Position numbers and translations under genes: made by a program. A DNA stretch of 63,236 bases, filler included, from Sphacelaria rigidula (lineage: Eukaryota): NCBI GenBank assembly GCA_964200075.2. It is 10 parts of 10 records of this genome, joined end to end, with 100 filler letters (N's around TTAATTAATTAA, not from the genome) between each part and the next. Parts side by side here need not be neighbours in the genome. Positions count along the whole stretch, not along the records: positions 50,671 to 56,903 come from CAXNAA020021346.1; positions 57,004 to 63,236 come from CAXNAA020021347.1; 8 more parts are not named here. One strand, written 5' to 3'. Shown piece after piece: positions 51,260 through 63,236 of this stretch (positions are counted from its first letter, which is position 1; every line of letters begins with the position of its first letter). The notes beneath the pieces are model-generated. The model made no database searches, was not told where the DNA came from, and was given only the letters and a program-made list of their open reading frames with translations.

Positions 51260-52937
51260 TATACGATGGTCTTGTGACACCATACGATGGTCTTGTAAAG
51301 CACTCATCGTCGCCACACACCCTTTTCACTATAGCGATCATCCCCTCCCGGGCGTGTTCAGCACAGAACTCCCGCGTCCCGCTTCCCGCCAGACCGTAGA
51401 GTGGTTGTTTGGAGCAACCAGCGTGTTCGCACCTCTTGCTCACTATATCGACCATCCCCTCCCTGGCGTGTCCAGCACAGAACTCCACCGTCCTGCTTCC
51501 CGCTACACCGTACGATGGTTGTTTGGAGCAACCGCCATGGCCGCACTTCTGGCTCACTACGTCGGTCACTCTCGGCCGGGCGTGTCCGGCACAGAACTCC
51601 GCCGCCCTGCCCCCCGCTACACCGTATGATGATTGTTTGGAGCAAGCGCCATGGCTGCGCCTCTTGTTCACTACATCGACCATCCCCGCCATGGCGTGTT
51701 CAGCACAGAACTCCGCCGTCCGTCTTCCCGCCACACCGTACGATGGTCTTGTGAAGCACTCATCGTCGCCACACACCCTATTCCTTACATCGACCATCCC
51801 CTCCCTGGCGTGTCCAGCACAGAACTCCCGCGTCCTGCTTCCTGCTACGCCATACGATGGTTGTTTGGAGCAATCGCCATGGCCGCACTTCTGGCTCACT
51901 ACATCGACCATCCCCGCCCTGGCGTGTCCAGCACAGAACTCCCGCATCCTGCTTCCTGCTACGCCATACGATGGTTGTTTGGAGTTGTTTGGAGCAATCG
52001 CCATGGCCGCACTTCTGGCTCACTACATCGACCATCCCCGCCCTGGCGTGTCCAGCACAGAACTCCCGCGTCCTGCTTCCTGCTACGCCATACGATGGTT
52101 TTTTGGAGCAACCGCTATGGCCGCACTTCTTGCTTATTACATCGATCATCCCCGCCCTGGCGTGTTTAGCGCAGAACTCCGCCGTCCTGCTTCCCGCTAT
52201 GCCGTACGATCGTCTTGTGGAGCAACCGCCATGGCCGCACTTCTGGCTCACTACATCGATCATCTCCGCCCGGGCGTGTCCGGCACAGAACTCCGCCGTC
52301 CTGCTTCCCGCTACACCGTACGATGGGTTTTTGGAGCAACCGCCATGGCCACACTTTTTGTTCCCTACATCGACCATCCCCGTCCGGGCATGTTTAGCGC
52401 AGAACTCCGCCGTCCTGCTTCCCGCCACACCATATGATGGGCGTTTGGAACAACCATCGTGGCCGCACTGCTGGCTCGTTACATTGACCATCCCCGCCCT
52501 GGCGTGCCTAGCACATAACTCCGCCGTCCTGTTTCCTGCTGCGCCGTACGAAGGTTGTTTGGAGCAACCGCCATGGCGGCATTTCTTCTTCACTACATGA
52601 ATAATTTTTATCCTCGCGTGTCCAGCATAGAACTCCGCCGTCTTGCTTCCCGCCTCACCGTACGATGGTTTTTGGGAACAGCGTCGTGGTTGCACTTGTT
52701 ATTCACCACATTGACCGTCCCCGCCTTGGCATGTCCAGCACAGAACTTCGCCGTCCCGCTTCTCGCCACGCCATGCGAAGGTTGTTCGGAGTAGCCGTCG
52801 ATAACGCACTTAGTACAGACGACTTTGACCATTCCCGCCCTGGCGTGTTTGGGACAGAACTCCGCCTGTTTTGCGCCGGGCACGCCATACGACGACCTTG
52901 TAGGGAAGCCCCCTCGAGCGCATTGCGGAGTTACCAT
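51260..52937 (-). pseudogene. EsV-1-7 cysteine-rich repeat protein, ~14-15 repeats of 38 aa (114 bp), intronless, two frameshifts
   Basis: The repeat CGHGGCSKQPSYGVAGSRTAEFCAGHARAGMVDVVSQK has the C-x4-C-x16-C-x2-H pattern of EsV-1-7. ATG at 52937. Frameshifts at ~52685 and at a 10-bp duplication (TTGTTTGGAG x2, 51975-51994). Confidence 0.88.
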
Positions 52938-53172
52938 CGCTCCCACGTCAGTAAAACAAGCGAATTGAACGCACAGCTCTGACAACTGCTAGCAATCGCA
53001 CTGCCAGATAGCCGAACTAGAGGGGCCATTCGTGATTGACGCCCCTGACGTTGTCTGAAATATTATACGGTCAAGATTGCGAATGGGGACCAAATATCAT
53101 CAATTATGTCTAAAATAGATTGCTCTGCTTCGCAATCACGCTTCCAATTTTCTATTTTCCGTTCTCTTTTTC

Positions 53173-55730
53173 TTAGGGCCTGTATTTTTTTCGATCGAAA
53201 TAGTGCGGTCGATTTTTTTTTTTGCCGATCTGATAGGTCCACAGCATTTATGCTCCTCGAAGGCTTCAACTCAAAACTATAATTAGCGGCGCGCGGACAA
53301 TATGCAACGAGGTAAAAAAAAACAAAAAAAACGATCGAAACATGCAGTCGAAAGGCCCGAAGCGGCATTTGACTCTTATCTTACAGGCCACCACGCCAAC
53401 TAACACCTGTTCACAGGACCATGCAAACTCCATCAAACTCATTTTCACGCAAAAAGTAAATCCACCTACATATGTGGATCCTTATTTCCACCGTGACCTT
53501 TCATCATGACCGACACCGCGTTGTTTTTTTTAATTCGGCAGCCCAAATTTTTTTAATCAGCTGCCCGTTACGGATGTTTTCAAACAAAGTCAGTCTTACG
53601 CCAAAAGAAACAAAATCGGAACAGAATCCGACATATTTTCGCCCCATTACGCACGCACACACCGCGCAACACCAGATTCAGCAAGATGGGGTTGTTGTCT
53701 GTAGTCTACATGACATGTGGTCGACGTTTCAGCACGTAAAAGCACTAACAGCGCAAGCACGGCCGTGTCTCCTGAAGTGAGCGCCTCTACAGGCGATACC
53801 AAGATAGGTATCGCGTAGAATGACATCATCCAGAGTGTGCGCAATACGGATCGATGTGTTCGTTTGCCGGGGTAGGAGCCACCCAGCAGGAAGTAAGTGT
53901 ATCTGCGTGTCAACATATGCATCGACTGACGTCTCACGCAGTCTGGGCCGAAGGAACTGCGTTTTGAGGGCGTATCGATGGCATTGCCCAAAATCCGTTT
54001 TCTGCTTCGTTTTACTAGCGCACCACGTGAAACGTGCCGCCGCTCTGGGAATATGCTGTCTGTGTTGTGGTCTACCTCTGTGCCAAGTTTCAGGCTGGTT
54101 ACAACAGACACGGCGGAGAAATCCACAAGCAAAATAAACCTTGATTTGCACTGAAAATACAGTACTAAACCCTGTTCAACCGTCGTAAGATGCATGAGGT
54201 GCGTATGATTTTTGTATGCGGGAATCTTGGCAGTTGACTTGATTTTTTGTTTTTGGCGTAAGACTGAAGTGGGTTCGGGTTACGAGTAAAACTAGAGCCA
54301 AGTTTTTGAATTTGAGAGCGCCACTTCTACAAACCCGCTCAGCGGGCAGGTGAACAGCACGCACATAGTTCACATGAACACAGCTACACGCATAGGAGGT
54401 CAGAAGGTTTCGAGGTTACCAACTGGGCCACCGGGGCGACCGGCATAGAGACAAACACAAAGAGCATCGACGGAGTATCGAAGTCCAGCCAGCACGAGTC
54501 AATGTTGAGCACGGCGGAAACCACCCACTTTGATCTTTCATCCGGTGGTGTCGTGGATGAGATTTTTTTTCTCGAGATGATGGGCACAATACATACTGTA
54601 CGATGCAGATTTTACGGTATAACAGTAGTACAATGAAGTGCCAGGGTGTTGCAGCAGGCAAGAGTATTCACAATGCAGGCGGTGGAATTTTGCGAACAGT
54701 ACGACGTTACAAGTATAGGCTATGCTTCGCAAACACGGCACAGCTGTAGCCTGTACTTGTTTTCTTGTACTACTCCATGTCCGAGTACAGGCTGTACTCT
54801 GCCAGGTTACAAGCACGGGCTGTACTCGCGAGCACAGTAGGTAGCTGTGCTTTGCCAATACAGTATAGTACTATACCGTCTTCACTGTAGGGTTCGAGGT
54901 CACATGCAGATGCACGTCCATGGCAGTGGATGCAGATGCAGAGGATATGACTATTGACTACTGCCTGCACTACGGCACTACACGTGAAGGCTTCACTTTG
55001 TTTACTGTGTATGTTACTGCTGTGTACTCCTGCCTGCACTCCGGTACTACACGTGAAGGCTTCACTCTGTTTGAAATCATCCGTAACGGGCGACTGATTG
55101 AAAAAAAAACGCGGAATCGGTCATGATAAAAGGTCACGGTAGAAACAAGCATCCACCTATACAGGTGGATATACTTTTCGCGTCATTCTCAGCTACCGCC
55201 GCAACCCTGCAGCATAGAGCACGGGTTGAGCACAGGGATAGATACACTACAGTAGTCGGGTGTGCTGTGTTTATCTTTTGTTGGCGAAAACTTGCGCATC
55301 TTCTCTCATGGTAGGCATCAGGGACGGAACTAAGGTACGATAGGCAACCGATTTGCGTGCACGCTCATGGACAGTGCAGGCAGTGCACGTTGCTGGAGTT
55401 CTTTTCACGTCGCATCGTTAGCAGAGAGAACTGATGGTCCTGGGCTGTCTGCACTGCACGTTGTCCGCTTCTCCTTTATATCCTCCTGCACAAAACTAGC
55501 ACACGCGTTCTCAAGACACCCTGCTTGCAAGCAGTGCAAACAGTACAGACTGTCTGTACTCTACACGAGTGATCATGTACCGTTTCACGAACTTCAATGT
55601 CTTCTTTGGATCGAAAGCTTGAAAATCTATCTGCACCCAACTGGACCAAAACGAGGAAATTTCGCTCAGATCGATTCCACCGCCCCATTTTTTCGATCGA
55701 AAAAAAAAGTGGCAAGACAGGCCTTCAGGC
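53173..55730. mobile_element. Possible ~2.5-kb non-autonomous DNA transposon with long imperfect inverted ends
   Basis: 53460-53586 is inverted at 55067-55170, and 53175-53235 is inverted at ~55665-55725. No transposase ORF is visible inside. Confidence 0.5.
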
Positions 55731-55870
55731 TACTTGTTATTTGTGTATCGAAAAAAATATAACAGTGCTGTTTTGACCCTTCTCCGTCGTTTTTGCCTCA
55801 AGAAGACGGCTCAGCGGATATTGACATCACAGACCGTTCCAGAGCACCCTGCGTTTTCCCTAGGTCACAG

Positions 55871-56081
55871 TGTCGTGGGTGAGAGGACCGCGTGCTTAGA
55901 GGACCGCACCGTAGCTCGAAACACTTCAGTCTCGACGTTTTCCAAAACCTATCGGGCCAGTCCCTGCAGGTACCACGATCCTGACCCCAACACTAACCCT
56001 AACCCTAACCCTAACCCTAACCATAGGAATGTTCAACTTCCGACGCGGTCCTCCAAGCACGCGGTCCTCTCACGCATTACA
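55871..56081. mobile_element. MITE with TGT...ACA ends, ~40-bp TIR and internal (CCCTAA)n, nested in an older repeat
   Basis: gtgagaggaccgcgtgcttagaggaccgc / gcggtcctccaagcacgcggtcctctcac; ACAG duplicated at 55867-55870 and 56082-56085; telomeric repeats at 55992-56022. Confidence 0.85.
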
Positions 56082-56383
56082 ACAGTGTCGTTCTTGGCCA
56101 AAAGTTAGACAGTACAGTAGTTATGGGTAGGAATTGCAGATTTTCGGTACTACATTCATGGAAAGTACAAGCTGAACGCTACATCCGTCAGAAGTGGCCG
56201 GTAATCCAACGAGTCATGCAGCATCAACGGAAAATACAACCGTCACCTACAAATGATGATTTGGGTCATAGCAAATGAACTATATTTCCGTTATAGTACA
56301 TGTATTCAAGTCTGGGAGTTGTCGGTGTTGAGGTGATATTGTTCCTCCGGAAAACTCGCTCCATATCAGTAGATGGACAATCT

Positions 56384-56644
56384 TGCACACGTCGGACAGC
56401 TCATGAGCTACCGAAAATAACAAATCGAAGGGGACTCTCAGATTGCTCATCCAAAAACACAAATTACGTGACGGCAGGGCCCGAGAAGCTAAAGCGCTAC
56501 CTTTGCGCTTCTCCGCGTGCTCGGTGTCCAGCGCTGTGGAGAGAAAATATGGAAATAGCGATCACATGAGCTAGCTCGTGATCCGGATCAGTACACTAAT
56601 AAGAAGTAATATTTAGGTAGCTCATGAGCTGTCCGACGTGTGCA
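56384..56644 (+). mobile_element. TIR element bounded by ATCT direct repeats; relatives at 58869-59073 (+) and 57133-57395 (-)
   Basis: ATCT|TGCACACGTCGGACAGCTCATGAGCTACC...GGTAGCTCATGAGCTGTCCGACGTGTGCA|ATCT (perfect 29-bp TIR). Confidence 0.85.
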
Positions 56645-58668
56645 ATCTTGTTGCACTAGCGAGTGTCCTGCCTTTGTCTGTACCAGCCGGGAAGCACACG
56701 CCCCCGAGCTGCCACCCCACGCTTACCGTCATCGCGAAGATAACAAGACAAGAGCACGAACAGTAGCTGTTGTGGCCGCTACACACCAACGTAACTGCAG
56801 TGAATGCGCATGGCGAGTATCCTTTGAAGTGTCGAACTACAGAGGGAGAGTTGACAGAAGAAAGACAAAGCTGGCGGCTGCTTCATGTCAGGGCTCCAGT
56901 GCANNNNNNNNNNNNNNNNNNNNNNNNNNNNNNNNNNNNNNNNNNNNTTAATTAATTAANNNNNNNNNNNNNNNNNNNNNNNNNNNNNNNNNNNNNNNNN
57001 NNNAAGAAATCATGAATTTGGTGATTTTGAGTCGTGATGATTTGTCCTAACCGTGAAATAGTTTCAGTTTCGGAATTCCTCTCTGGGTCTTGTATACGCG
57101 TTTTGTAGCAGCTTGCCACTGAAGCCTCTGATATTCCTGGTGGGACAGATCATGATCCGTCTGAAATTTAGTTTTTCTCAGTATACTGATCCGGATCATG
57201 ACCCGGATCATTTGGCCCCCCTCTTCCATGTTTGCTCCTTACGGCCCCGGATGCTGAGCACGCCGGGTAGTGCGAAGATTGCGCTTTGGCTTTTCTGACT
57301 CCGCGGTAACATATTTTGTGTTCTTGGACCAACGGACTCGACAGTCTTCTTTGATTAGTTGTTTCAGACAGAGCATGATCTGTCCGACGTGTGCAAGATA
57401 TCGACGCGCAGCTGTAAGCATACGACAGTATTCCACGCAAAGAAAAAGCACACACGATATGAAAATCGGTCAAGTTAGTAGAGCGAATAGTCAAACTGAC
57501 GCTCAATCACCGCTGCACTCTTGATCTCACGAAAACATTGTTTCATCTGGGATTCTCGTCTCAATTTTGAGAGTTGTACTTTGAAGTTTGGTGTGTAGCA
57601 CCGCAAGGGCATACCAGAAACAAGACTGAGTGGATCGTGATTCTTTTTTCATGAGTGGAGGATGTTTTTGTGAAAAAAGAAGAGAAAAAAAGTCCTTCTC
57701 TCAGTTACTCAGCTCGGTTTTTGGAGTTGTGCACTGAAATATCAGTATGGAGAATCGCAAGGGCATAAGAGAAACGACAGTGTGTGGACCATGATTTTTT
57801 TTTCCGAGAGAAGTGACATTCTTGTAGCAAAAATGATCCTCATTACACTGTAACGCCCTTGATTCACCCCCCCCCCCCTAAAAAAACCCGAAAGCGATAC
57901 CCAGCAAATTTTTGCGTTATAATTTTCCCTTGCGATGCTCCACCCAAAAATTCAAAGCAGAAGTCTCGAAATTGAGCTTATAAATGAGCCGCAAAGTACA
58001 GCTCCGTTTGTAGGCTGACTAAGCCTGTAAATCTGGTTTCTCAACTCAATTTTAAGAGTTGCAATTCAAAAGTTGGTTTGGAGAATCGGTAGGGCATACT
58101 GTAGTAAAAAAAGATTTTCCTTACCCCGAGATTTGTTTTCATCAGTCAGGGATGTTTTGGTAAAAACTGGATCTTGCTCTTTGCCCTTAACTCGTGAAAA
58201 GACTGAAGAAGGACTCAGGATGGGGACCCTTCTTCGTTCATTACATGCCTTGCCGATTTTCCACACCACATGTCAAGTTGCAAATCTCAAAATTGAGGTG
58301 AGAAATAGCCTGCAACTTACAGATCCGCTTCTAGGCTGGCCACAGCTCGTACGCGTTCCTAAGTGCATTTATATTGATTTGAATATAGGCGCATTTTTTT
58401 CATCTTTTGGCGCATACAGCGAAGGGGCCAAGTGATGACGCACAAAGAACGAACGATCTACTGTAGCGGGCCTTGATCGGCCTGGTTTTATGTAGCCGTT
58501 TTCTCCACCTGAGGCCTGGGCGCCCCAAGGATTGTCCTGAACGTTTCCAACGACAAAGGTACAGCGTAGCTTACTGTACTGCCCTCAAACTCAAATTGAT
58601 CCGCGTGCACTTTACCCTACCGCCCCGTTTACCTCTAACCGTACTACACATGCACGCTCCTTATCCAG

Positions 58669-60059
58669 CGGCTTGGACAATGCGGGCAAGACGACGATAG
58701 TGAAAAAATTTAACGGGGATGACATCAACGATATCGAGCCAACACTGGGGTTCAACATCAAGACGCTGGCGTACAAAGGGTATATGCTCAACGTCTGGGA
58801 CGTGGGGGGGCAACAGACCATACGATCGTACTGGCGGAACTACTTTGAGCAGGTTTGTCGTGGAATCTTCCACAGGTCGGACAGCTCATGAGCTATACCT
58901 GAAATACTAATCCAAGAGGATCCCCAGATTCCGTGTCCAAAAACACAAAGTGCGTGACAGCAGGGTCCGAGAAACGTTTTTGTTACTCATCGTACTCGAC
59001 GTCCAGCGCTGTGAGGAGCCACGATAGAAGAGGGGGCCAAATGAGCTAGCTCATGAGTTGTCCCACGGGTGGAATCTTCGGGTCAGGGGGATCTCAATCG
59101 GGGAACTGATTCTTCGAGATACCACGCACTGGTTCACCCAACAGCAATGTGATCACACGCCTCCTTCATGGAGTAGGTTGGCTCATCAAAGATTCCGTGA
59201 TCATTGATGGGCAAACGAACCTCGGTCATCCTCTGGAACCCCCTGGGGCGTGAGAGCATCGTTTGGAACAAATTCGCTCGCCAGCGGTTTCTGGATGGTT
59301 CGATGCGGGTGGGGGGCGTGTGATTTTTAGGGTTTCGCGAGAGAGTGGTGATGACCGGTGTGGGAAGGATACTGAAATTAATATATGTACAACTTCGAGG
59401 TGGTGGTCCAAAACGGCATCTTGCAGACGAGTTCAACAACTCACACCGAATCCTCTGATTCCACCCTTTGCCGCTGGTGGACGTGCAGACCGACGGTCTA
59501 ATATGGGTTGTGGACAGCGCAGACCGGGGACGCTTGCAAGACTGCAAGCGGGAGCTGCATGAGTTATTGAAACAAGAGGTACGATCAGAATCACAACGCC
59601 ATCCACCCAGCAAAACACCAATTCATGACGGACTCATAATCGGTGAAGCAGAGCGTAACAGCAAGCAGCCTTGCGGACAGGCAAGCAAGACACGACGATA
59701 CTCGCAGAAAAGCCAGCTTGTGGCTCGGGGTGGGAATCACCCTTTGTTCCCAACACGGTCTGATACAAACGTCATTCTGCTAATTGGTGAACTTCCCTCC
59801 TCTTCCTTCCGTCCTCGGTTCTTGCAAAAATCGACAGAAATTGGCCGGAGCGTCCCTGCTAGTGTTCGCCAACAAGCAGGACCTCGCCGGGGCTCTTCCC
59901 GCGAATGATATTGCCGAGGTTTTGGAGCTAAAGTCACCGCAGTTCGAAAAGCGGCACTGGAGTATTGTGGCTTGCAGCGCGGTCACCGGGGCGGGGCTCG
60001 CCCAGGGCGTAGACTGGACTGTCAGCGATATTGGGGCGCGGATATTCATGATGTCATGA
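58669..60059 (+). CDS. ARL2: ADP-ribosylation factor-like GTPase 2; exons 58669-58852, 59489-59578, 59838-60059; first exon not in contig
   Basis: [16 protein letters not shown]...[12 protein letters not shown]...[67 protein letters not shown]...[13 protein letters not shown]...DIGARIF; canonical GT-AG junctions in phase. Confidence 0.96.
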
Positions 60060-60688
60060 GAAGAGAAAATGGCACCTCGCAAGGGATGGGAAGTAAGCGA
60101 GGCTGTCGATGATGGGTGTAAATAGGATAGGATGGGTGGAGCGGCACTCACGTGCGTGATACTAACAACTGGGCGTTCTGCTTTTCTCGCTTCTAAGGAC
60201 GGAAGTCATTTGCTTCCCGCGCTTGCTCGTGACATGTGGTAAAGTATACATACCCTGCGACACTGAGTTTTGTGGGGGTTGCGATGGCCGTTGCACAAAA
60301 CTTCGGGACCCTCCCCGTCTCGTCTACATCGCCGCTGGGTGAGGCTTGCTGTGCTTGTGGGCGATGTTTGGAGACAAACTCAGGCAGATCGTCAATCCAA
60401 CGCTTCTACTCCCAACTACGGTTTGGTTGGTGCCGCAGAGGTCGTATAGCGCACGCCCGACAGTCGAAGGCACTGTTGCATACAACACTCAGCCGTTATC
60501 GTCGGTTAACCTCCTCTTCCCGAGAGGGCGTATCTAGAAACACTGGCGATCACTGAAGTGCACCTTTCAATGCCGGCAGCAAGAACAATCGAGTCTTCGA
60601 GTTCTTGATGAGCGGAAATCCCGCAGGAACTGCACATGCCTTGTTTTTGCAAACCAAAACACACACAATAAAAAAACAAACGCGCAAG

Positions 60689-60692
<4 letters not shown>

Positions 60693-60728
<36 letters not shown>
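60693..60728. repeat. (CA)n microsatellite
   Basis: Direct reading. Confidence 0.95.
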
Positions 60729-60732
<4 letters not shown>

Positions 60733-60972
60733 TTGACCACTTCCACTCTCGAACGGATTGCGAGGTATCGCAAGTTCCCGTCTTCGCAACGTTTCAATTT
60801 CAAATACAGGAAACCCTTCCTTCATCGCCCACCCATCCTAGCTTGCGCAGCAAGGAACCAGGAAATGACATACACATGATTCAAAGGTGAGGGTCCGCAT
60901 GCACTATCATGGGAAACAACACTCCGCGTAGTAGCTCAACATCCCATTGCTACCTGCGGACTGCCTGCAACT

Positions 60973-63097
60973 CTACCGTCGACTATTCCTAGCATCCCAA
61001 TCCACGCGTGGTCGTTTGTAGCTATTGCCGCCGCCGCCACCCCCCCCGTGCCAGTCTCCTCTGCCCCTGTTCCAGTCATCAACCCCTTGGAGCGGCCCGT
61101 AAGCCATCTCCGCCAGGGCGAGTCCCCCCATACCCCCTCGCGCAGGGTCGTTCGTTGCCCGAGCCTCGTCTCTTACCTGTAGTGAAATTAATTTTTGCAA
61201 GGATAGTTTTGCGGCTTTGATAATTACACGGTGTTTACGACAAGATCGGCACGACATCCATCTGGAAGTATAGGACGTCGTGTTGCTCAACTTATGTTGC
61301 GGTGTCCTGTGGTCAAAGCGCCAAGCATGGAGGGTATAGAGCGGGGTCCCTCTCTCGAAAGTTCTTCGAACATGGCTTTTAAGCCACGTGCGATCATTTT
61401 TACCCAAGCGCATAGGACTTTCTGGGGATCACAAGCGCAAAAACCGCCGCGATGGCTTTCGACTTCGACTTTCACGGCTAAAATCTTCGAACGCGAAAGT
61501 CCCGCTTTGGAGTGCGATTGAGGGGGCTAAGGTGGATCCGGATTAGTCGACTTCAGCGTAGAGGCCAATCCCTACAGAAACAAGGAGAAACAACACACAA
61601 CTTCCGCATTAAAGCAGTCGCAGGTGTAGCGATGCGCAGCCATCATGCTGACACCGTGCCGGGGGCACACACAACGTGAAAGAATGCCTGACGGACACGA
61701 CATAGAACCCGCTCCCGCAACCATGGCAGCAACCTGCCAGGAGCCTTTCGGCTGAGAACATTTTCACAGGTCTACCCTCCTTGCTTTTGGCCCACACCCC
61801 GTCCTCAAACTATTGAGAGTTGTCAGTGGACACGCTCGGATCGATTATCACGGGCGTTTCAGAGGTCGACTATCAAATATTCGTTTATTTTTACGAGGCT
61901 CGACTACTGGGGGGGGGTGAACAGTTTGAAGCGCTGATATATTGTAATAGAGGCCCATGCCACGTATTTGGAGCGTGTCATGGTTTTTTCGTATATAAGA
62001 CGCGGCTATCAGGATGTTGCCACCTCAGTACAGCAAAGCAGCAGCGGTGAGTGCACCATTTGTGCATGTTGCCATACACGTACGAAGATGTCACCACACA
62101 CAGCAACATGATGCATGAATGCAAACGCACACGAAAACCATGTACCCTCTCCTCCCTCCACCGTGGGAACAGCAACTGCACGCCTGTTGCTCCTCAAACA
62201 AAGAGAAAAATCATTTTAGTTTCCACCTACGCCTACAGAAGAGCAACCTCCGGACGCTCGGGGGATTGTCAGCCATGCAACATTCCTGAACAAAAAGCAC
62301 GGGCATTCAAAAGGTCAAGATCTTCACGTTGAAGTCATTTTTTCGACAGGTTACCGCGGTGCACGTGGCAGTTGTTTCCCTCACCTGCCCGCCAGACATG
62401 CCTCGGCCGAACTGTCGCCCCTGCTTGAATCCCGGATCCACTCCGACTTTGATAATGCGCTCATCTAGCGCCGTCCCGTCAAGACACGTAATCGCCATCA
62501 ACATGTCGGCGTGCGTCTTGTATCTATTTTCTCGTCGCAGTGAAGAGAGAGTCAATTGTAAGCAAAAACATGCGGAAAGCGCGGAGCCTGCGGTCAGAGC
62601 CAAGGATGACCTGGCTGACGGAGTGTTGAGACGGGAAGACTCAGCGCTCGCACACGTGGCGACAGGCACTAGGTCAGCCGACCGCGCGCGTAGGCAGACA
62701 AGTGATGGCACCTCTTACCAACAATCGAAACGGTCAAATAAGAGTTGTGCCGCGAATTTCACACCGAGTAGCCAGTTAATCCTTAGACTGCGAGGGTAGT
62801 CCATGTGGATCATGCATACCCTTTCCAAGTGAAATTGATGTCGATTCAACGAATGACCTACTGTCGCCGTCTACGGGTTACAGTGGATAAAACTTTGCAA
62901 TATCACGTGCACCACCGTCACGACTTTGTGCGGATGATAAGAGCGGATGGAAAAGTCTAGCCCTTCTCCCCCCTACATTCGTGTGCATGATTCGGCATGC
63001 AGTAAGGGTATGTTACCACTCACTCGACAAAGCAGAAACCGCAGGGCGACTTTTTGACTCGGTCCAGTCCCATGATGACTCTCTTCACAGGACCAAC
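60973..63097 (-). CDS. NCBP2: Nuclear cap-binding protein subunit 2 (CBP20); exons 63097-63024, 62523-62385, 61176-60973; 5' exons off-contig
   Basis: [86 protein letters not shown]... is the CBP20 RRM signature; the splice phases are consistent. Confidence 0.95.
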
Positions 63098-63236
63098 CTG
63101 CGTCAGAGATAGATAAATTCGTACAGAAAAACGATGCCGGAGGGGGGGGGGGGGCGTACTTATGATCATGCCTGCCGTAGGCATTTTGCGACGTAAATAT
63201 TTGTTTCTTTCCTTTGGCGTTTTACCCCTGACTCCC

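Noticed and set aside
51354..52982. Long plus-strand ORFs over the repeat array
   Set aside because: They are antisense shadows of the EsV-1-7 repeats.
55992..56022. True telomere
   Set aside because: There are only ~5 units, internal to a TIR element, with ordinary sequence on both sides.

Overview
This is eukaryotic DNA, most likely from a brown alga (Phaeophyceae). That is inferred from an EsV-1-7 repeat array, bipartite plastid-targeting leaders, long GT-AG introns and CCCTAA repeats. The window is not one locus: it is ten contigs of 6,234 or 6,233 bp, apparently size-sorted, joined by artificial 100-bp spacers (N44-TTAATTAATTAA-N44), so no linkage should be read across spacers. Supported genes, all partial: ARL2 (3 exons) convergent with NCBP2/CBP20 (3 exons), the first coding exon of a GBF1/GNOM-type ARF-GEF, and two probable plastid-targeted proteins of unknown function. 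Also present are an intact Ty1/copia gag-pol ORF, a frameshifted array of about 14-15 EsV-1-7 repeats, a decayed intron-containing DDE-transposase-like gene, a LINE RT fragment and many MITE-like or foldback elements. The most unusual signals are three: (1) a 66-80 nt structured retroposon family with a poly(C) tail and 12-16 bp TSDs; (2) a TIR element family bounded by the same ATCT core, resembling a recombinase site; (3) TIR elements that carry telomeric CCCTAA repeats. All family assignments come from motif recognition by eye, not from database searches.
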